Assembly (NCBI RefSeq): GCF_002896855.1
Contig: NZ_CP021850.1
Location: forward strand, 209,665-273,664
Length of the DNA stretch: 64,000 nt
Direction: 5' to 3'
Origin: Clostridium thermosuccinogenes
GTDB lineage: Bacteria; Bacillota; Clostridia; Acetivibrionales; DSM-5807
Part shown: positions 58,631 to 64,000 of the stretch, piece by piece
How the letters are laid out: the number at the start of each line of letters is the position of its first letter
How positions within the stretch are numbered: the stretch's first letter is position 1
Notes under the pieces: model-generated
What the model was told of the DNA's origin: nothing
Databases searched by the model: none
Seen by the model: only the letters and a program-made list of their open reading frames with translations
Position numbers and translations under genes: made by a program

Positions 58631-59470
58631 GTGTCTATTAACTTGCATAAGTCAGATTTCACAATACAGAGGTGGATGCACAGATATAACCAATTTGGAG
58701 TGCTCGTTCTTCATATCAGAACCTATGGCAATAGAAAAAGTTATTTATCTGTAGAGCAGAAGAAATTAGTAAATGGGGTTCTGCAAAAATCTTCAAGAGA
58801 AAGCGGCTTTAGCCACAGCTATCGGACAATGAGATATTCGCTATATGGATAATTAAATAATTTGATATAAAGTATTAACCAGGTAGTTACTACAGGTTGG
58901 TTCGCTCACTTTGATTCGCACTACAACAACCTAAGAAACAAAGCTGTAATGCTAGCAATGAAATGCAAAATTAGTTAAAGGAAAAGTAGAATAATAGAGT
59001 GTTCATTTACCAGAATGAGGCTATAATAACTGATGAAGCAACTTCAATGGCTAAGTGGTCTCTTAATAAAAATCAAGCTATGGTACTAATAACTGGCAAA
59101 AATTCACGCAAACGGGAAGATGTGTTTGGAGCAGTAAGCCTTGAGACATGAGAAGTTTACTACAAGACTTTTGATAAAGGAGACATAGATCTTTGTAGTA
59201 TTTTAAAGTAGTCTTGCAGAGTATTATGTAAACTAGGGAGTTATCTTGTTAATGGCTTGTGTACGGTAACATTCCACCATTGCTGTTTGAGAGTTTGTGT
59301 TTTTTGATAGTATTGATAAGCATCTACCTCCTTACAGTTCGACTCTAAATACAATGGAGAACCGGTGGAAATATATTCGTAATAGTGAAACTCATAAGGA
59401 GTTGTTCGACGGTATCAATCAAATAGTAAAAGCTATTAGCAAGTACTTTACGTACTTTAAGTGTTAACCA
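58631..59470 (+). pseudogene. degraded IS630/Tc1-mariner family transposase (multiple frameshifts and stops)
   Basis: HTH part (SDFTIQRWMHRYNQFGVLVL...LSVEQKKLV...SRESGFSHSYRTMR), DDE part in another frame (VFIYQNEAIITDEAT...VFGAVSLET) and C-terminal part (LPPYSSTLNTMENRWKYIRN) lie in three different frames. Confidence 0.6.
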
Positions 59471-59656
59471 GCTTAGGTAAGGGGATTGTGCAAGTATATA
59501 TTTTAATTGCTTGCTGTTATTTATCTGTTTTACTGAAAATTATATGGTTAGTTGAAATATTATGCTGAAGTTTTCAAATCACAAGTTTTTAGCTTAAGTT
59601 AGATTAGGTAAAGAAATGTAGCTTTTCTCATAATTGAGTACTTAACTTTATTTAGG

Positions 59657-61060
59657 ATGGATATTATGAATAAATACAAAAAATTACTTGGTAATTCGAT
59701 CGTATTTGGAATAGGTAATTTCGGAAGTAAATTAATTTCTGTAATTTTAGTTCCTTTGTATACCCATTATCTGTCTACCTCAGAATATGGAATAGTGGAT
59801 ATAATAACGACGACAATTAATTTATTACTGCCTGTTATTTCATTAAGTATTTATGAATCTGTTTTAAGATTTGCTATGGATGAAAGTGAATCTAGATTTT
59901 CAGTTTTAACTAATGCTTTAGCTGTAACAATATTGGGTTCATTAATTGCTCTTATATTTTATCCATTACTAAGATATTTCAATGTTTTAGATGGACTACT
60001 TAATTATATGTATATAATTTTAATATTACAAGCTTTTCAAGCCTTGCTGTCTCAATATGCAAGAGCTATAGGAAAAGTAAAGGAATATGCTATAAATGGT
60101 ATTATTCAAACCTCAGTGATTAGTTTAAGCAACATTTTATTATTAGTAATTTTTAGGGAGGGTATTAGAGGTTATCTTCTTAGTATAGTGTTATCTAACA
60201 TAGTATCAATATTATTTTTTATTATGGCAACGAATATGTTTGTAGATAGTAGTTATGGCAAACTCAATAAAAAATTGATAAAAAATATGTTACAATACTC
60301 AATACCACTAATACCAAATTCCTTTATGTGGTGGCTTGTAAATACTTCAAATCGTTATTTTATAATGTATTATGAAGGAGTTGATATAAATGGACTTTAT
60401 GCAGTAGCGAATAAAATACCGACTTTACTAACATTATTCACCTCGGTATTCAGCCAAGCATGGCAGTTATCAGCTATTATGGAGTATGATTCTGAAGATA
60501 GTTCTAAATTTTATTCAAATATATTCTCTTGTTTTCAAGTGTTATTATCATTATGTACTTCAGCTATTTTAGTAATGTTAAAGGTTATAATGAGGATAAC
60601 TGTAGCTGACGAATATTATTTATCATGGAAGTATGTACCGTTTTTGTTACTAGGTGTTGTGTTTTCGAGTTTTTCAGGCTTTTTAGGAACTAATTATACT
60701 GCAGCTAAAAATACAAAAGGGGTTTTTAAAACTTCATTAGCAGGTGGTATAATTTGTGTTGTATTGAATTTTATCTTAGTACCAGTTATAGGAGCAGTTG
60801 GAGCTGGCATATCAACAGCAGTTGGGTATTTGATAATGTGGATTTTTCGTGTTATAGATACAAAGCGATATATTGATATGAGTATAGATAATAAAAATTT
60901 AGTTTGTAGTTTTGTAATAATATTATTGCAAATTATTGTGTTGTTTTTGAATTTTAACACTATCATCGAAACATTAATTTTGGCATCATTATTAATTATG
61001 TTATTAATATTAGATAGAAGAAAACTTCAGTTGTTATTATCGACCATGAGAAAAAAATAG
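59657..61060 (+). CDS. wzx: oligosaccharide flippase (Wzx, MOP/PST family)
   Basis: 467 aa, 12-14 TM helices, N-terminal LLGNSIVFGIGNFGSKLISVILVPLYTHYLS typical of PST flippases. Confidence 0.8.
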   Translation: MDIMNKYKKLLGNSIVFGIGNFGSKLISVILVPLYTHYLSTSEYGIVDIITTTINLLLPVISLSIYESVLRFAMDESESRFSVLTNALAVTILGSLIALIFYPLLRYFNVLDGLLNYMYIILILQAFQALLSQYARAIGKVKEYAINGIIQTSVISLSNILLLVIFREGIRGYLLSIVLSNIVSILFFIMATNMFVDSSYGKLNKKLIKNMLQYSIPLIPNSFMWWLVNTSNRYFIMYYEGVDINGLYAVANKIPTLLTLFTSVFSQAWQLSAIMEYDSEDSSKFYSNIFSCFQVLLSLCTSAILVMLKVIMRITVADEYYLSWKYVPFLLLGVVFSSFSGFLGTNYTAAKNTKGVFKTSLAGGIICVVLNFILVPVIGAVGAGISTAVGYLIMWIFRVIDTKRYIDMSIDNKNLVCSFVIILLQIIVLFLNFNTIIETLILASLLIMLLILDRRKLQLLLSTMRKK

Positions 61061-61252
61061 TGTAATTAGAATATTCCTAAGAAATATAATGTTATTGCTA
61101 TAAAAGAGACTGGTATAAAAACTATGGCAACAGAATTCTGAATGAGACTGTGAATATAATTGCATTAATGAAAATCTTGTTTGAAGTTAAGTAATAAGCT
61201 ATAAAAGCATAATGGTAAATTCCATAAAACAGTGATGTATGAGGAGGTAGAA

Positions 61253-62350
61253 ATGAGGTACGATTATTTAATAGTTGGTGCTGGAATATTCGGTAGTATA
61301 TTTGCTCATGAAGCAAATAAGCGTGGAAAGAAATGTTTAGTAATTGATAAACGAAACCATGTTGGTGGTAATATCTTTACTGAGAATATTAAAGGTATTA
61401 ATGTTCATAAATATGGTGCACATATTTTTCATACAGACAATAAAAGAGTTTGGGATTATATGAATAATTTTGCTGAGTTTAATAGGTATACTAACTCTCC
61501 GATTGCTATTTATGAAGATGAACTTTATAACTTGCCGTTTAATATGAATACGTTTTATAAGATGTGGGGCGTAAAAACACCTGCTGAAGCTAAAGCAAAA
61601 ATAGAAAAGCAGATTGCAGAAGCTAATATTTCAGTACCAAAAAATTTGGAAGAACAAGCTATAAGTTTGGTTGGCAGGGATATTTATGAAAAATTGATAA
61701 AAGGATATACAGAAAAACAATGGGGTATGAAAGCGACAGAGTTACCTCCCTTTATAATTAAAAGATTACCAGTTCGTTTTACTTACGATAACAATTATTT
61801 TAATGATAAATTTCAGGGTATTCCAATTGGAGGATACACACAGATTATTGAAAAGATGCTTAAAGGTATAGATGTAAAATTAAATACTGACTTTTTTATA
61901 TATAGAGATGAATTAGAATCACAGGCAGACAAGGTGCTATTTACTGGTATGATAGATGAATTCTACAATTATTGTTATGGAGAGTTAGAATATAGGAGTT
62001 TAAGGTTTGAGCATGAGATACTTGATATGGAAAACTATCAAGGTAATGCTGTAGTAAACTATACAGAGTACGAAGTGCCATATACTCGTATAATTGAACA
62101 TAAACATTTTGAGTATGGAACACAACCTAAAACTGTAATTACTAAAGAATATCCGGTAAAATGGAAAAAAGGTGATGAACCTTACTATCCAATAAATAAT
62201 GATAAGAATAATTTAATATATTCAAAATACAAGGAACTTGCTAATAAAGAAACTAAATATATTTTTGGTGGTAGATTAGCAGAATATAAGTATTATGATA
62301 TGGATCAAGTAATAGAGCGCGCATTATATATGGTTGAAAAAGAAATTTAA
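61253..62350 (+). CDS. glf: UDP-galactopyranose mutase
   Basis: YDYLIVGAGIFGSIFA FAD-binding motif and conserved Glf core; start at ATG 61253 after a GAGGAGG SD. Confidence 0.9.
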   Translation: MRYDYLIVGAGIFGSIFAHEANKRGKKCLVIDKRNHVGGNIFTENIKGINVHKYGAHIFHTDNKRVWDYMNNFAEFNRYTNSPIAIYEDELYNLPFNMNTFYKMWGVKTPAEAKAKIEKQIAEANISVPKNLEEQAISLVGRDIYEKLIKGYTEKQWGMKATELPPFIIKRLPVRFTYDNNYFNDKFQGIPIGGYTQIIEKMLKGIDVKLNTDFFIYRDELESQADKVLFTGMIDEFYNYCYGELEYRSLRFEHEILDMENYQGNAVVNYTEYEVPYTRIIEHKHFEYGTQPKTVITKEYPVKWKKGDEPYYPINNDKNNLIYSKYKELANKETKYIFGGRLAEYKYYDMDQVIERALYMVEKEI

Positions 62351-62376
62351 AGAATGAAATATTGATAATAACTGAA

Positions 62377-63844
62377 TGGGGGGTGCGGACATAAAGTTGG
62401 ACACTATTGAGATTCGGGAAGGAGTAACAATACGTGTATTCAAAATATCAGCGAAAAAAGGCATTGCAACTTTATGATCAATGTAAATCTGTAAGTAAGG
62501 TTATTCAACAACTGGGATATCCAACTCGAAAAAGACTGTATGATTGGATTGCCGAGCGTAATTCCCTGCCAAGCAGAAAAGCTCCCAGACAAAAATATAA
62601 CAATACTCCTGAACATCCTAGACATCCACCACTTGAACTTAAGCTTGAAGCAATTAAGCGTTGCTTTGAAATGGGAGAGAATGTACAATTAGTATCAGAA
62701 GAAATTGGATATAGCAGAGCCAGTATCTATACGTGGCGAAAAAAGTATATCCTGAAAGGAGCTGCTGGACTTATGAATACCAGTGACAACCCCCGTGGTA
62801 AATTGCCCCCAGGAGATACAGTCTCTTTCAAAGAGGTTGAACAGTTGAAAGCTCAGATACTGGATATGCAGTTAGAAATAGATATCCTAAAGGAGACACT
62901 AGATGTCTTAAAAAAAGACCCAGGCGCCGATATAACAGTTCTCAAGAATCGGGAGAAGGCAGTGATTATCGGTGTCCTGAAAGATAAGTATTCACTGCCA
63001 TTGCTTCTACATAAACTTAATCTGCCAAAAAGCAGTTATTATTATCAATGTAATCGGATGAAGTGTTCCGATAAATATGCAACATTACGTACTCGTATTA
63101 TAGAATTATTCAATAAAACCACGGAGAGATATGGATATCGAAGAATTTATGCATTATTAGTCAAAGAAGGCATTCGTGTATCGGAAAAGGTAGTAAGAAA
63201 AACCATGCCTGAAGATAAGTTGATAGTGCGAGACAAACGCAGAAATAAATACAATTCATATAAAGGTGATATTTCACCTGAGGTTCCCAATATCGTTAAA
63301 CGTGATTTTCATGCTGATGCACCAAATAAAAAGTGGCTTACTGATATAACAGAGTTCGCTATTCCAGCCGGAAAGGTATATCTGTCACCTATAGTAGATT
63401 GTTTTGACGGAATGCTTCCTGCATGGAGAATAAGCACAACACCGGATGCCCAACTAGTCAACAGTATGTTAGATGATGCAATAAGTACCCTTAATAATAA
63501 TGAACATCCAATCATCCATACAGATCAAGGTTGCCATTATCGATGGCCGGGCTGGATATCTAGAATGGATAATGCAGGCCTATGCAGATCCATGTCAAAG
63601 AAAGGATGTTCACCAGATAATTCAGCTTGTGAAGGATTTTTTGGAAGATTGAAAAATGAAATATTTTACAATCGTAATTGGGCAGGTGTAACTATAGAAC
63701 AATTTATAGGAATCCTTAATGATTATCTTATATGGTATAATGAAACTAGAATTAAAATATCACTTGGAAATATGAGTCCATTGGAGTACCGACGAAGTCT
63801 TGGATTAGCCTCTTAAGCTGTCCAAGAAAACGTCCGCACCCCCA
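62377..63844 (+). mobile_element. IS3-family insertion sequence, intact, with ~14-bp terminal inverted repeats
   Basis: left end TGGGGGGTGCGGACA..., right end ...CGTCCGCACCCCCA (reverse complement TGGGGGTGCGGACG); encloses a single 460-aa transposase ORF. Confidence 0.8.
62434..63816 (+). CDS. IS3 family transposase (fused HTH + DDE integrase-core polypeptide)
   Basis: N-terminal HTH/leucine-zipper part and C-terminal rve domain (WLTDITEF...HTDQGCHY...SPDNSACEGFFGRLKNE). Confidence 0.9.
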   Translation: MYSKYQRKKALQLYDQCKSVSKVIQQLGYPTRKRLYDWIAERNSLPSRKAPRQKYNNTPEHPRHPPLELKLEAIKRCFEMGENVQLVSEEIGYSRASIYTWRKKYILKGAAGLMNTSDNPRGKLPPGDTVSFKEVEQLKAQILDMQLEIDILKETLDVLKKDPGADITVLKNREKAVIIGVLKDKYSLPLLLHKLNLPKSSYYYQCNRMKCSDKYATLRTRIIELFNKTTERYGYRRIYALLVKEGIRVSEKVVRKTMPEDKLIVRDKRRNKYNSYKGDISPEVPNIVKRDFHADAPNKKWLTDITEFAIPAGKVYLSPIVDCFDGMLPAWRISTTPDAQLVNSMLDDAISTLNNNEHPIIHTDQGCHYRWPGWISRMDNAGLCRSMSKKGCSPDNSACEGFFGRLKNEIFYNRNWAGVTIEQFIGILNDYLIWYNETRIKISLGNMSPLEYRRSLGLAS

Positions 63845-64000
63845 GATAAGTGCCTGGGACTCTTAGATGCAATAAATGAGGTTTATCCAGATGCAAAGTA
63901 TCAGCGTTGTACCGTTCATTTCTATCGAAATGTATTTACAGTTACCCCACGTTCCAAGATAAAAGAGGTAGCCGTAATGCTGAAAGCCATTCATGCGCAA
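63845..64000 (+). pseudogene. 3' fragment of an IS256-family transposase gene (N-terminal part absent upstream), continuing past the window end
   Basis: translation LGLLDAINEVYPDAKYQRCTVHFYRNVFTVTPRSKIKEVAVMLKAIHAQ matches the conserved IS256/mutator C-terminal region; begins immediately after the IS3 right end. Confidence 0.7.

Noticed and set aside
1-64000. tRNA, rRNA or other structured RNA genes
   Set aside because: No tRNA-like T-loop or anticodon-arm signatures or rRNA-like segments were recognised on either strand. Unknown small RNAs cannot be excluded without covariance-model searches.

Overview
This 64 kb window is chromosomal DNA from a spore-forming Firmicute, class Clostridia by gene content. 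The first ~41 kb is a housekeeping backbone that follows the Bacillus origin-proximal gene order: tmk, yaaR, holB, ricT(yaaT), a YabB-like methyltransferase, rsmI and abrB, then metG, tatD, yabE and ksgA. Interspersed are birA, coaX, a malic enzyme gene, a SpeA-like decarboxylase, spmAB, a divergent AraC/GH127 pair, a HepT-like prenyltransferase convergent with a YtpB-like terpene synthase, an NfeD-flotillin operon, zapA, a U32 peptidase and dut. A sigma/anti-sigma operon is split by an M28 peptidase gene. From ~41.4 kb to the window end lies a Wzx/Wzy-dependent polysaccharide locus. It opens with a NusG paralog (LoaP/UpxY-like) and a long leader. The front half carries the S. aureus cap5/8-type gene set for UDP-D-FucNAc and UDP-L-FucNAc synthesis and transfer (CapD, Cap5M/N/L-like, FnlA/B/C). 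The back half is AT-rich and mosaic: glycosyltransferases, Wzy, a pyruvyl transferase, Wzx and Glf, broken up by an IS630 relic, an intact IS3 element and a truncated IS256 fragment. Two 60-bp tandem hairpin-repeat arrays share a GGGACA/TGTCCC core. Other notable points are a probable frameshift at the decarboxylase start, an AbrB N-domain fused to a zinc ribbon, and several low-complexity or repeat proteins near the ksgA sporulation neighbourhood. No rRNA, tRNA or CRISPR array was found.
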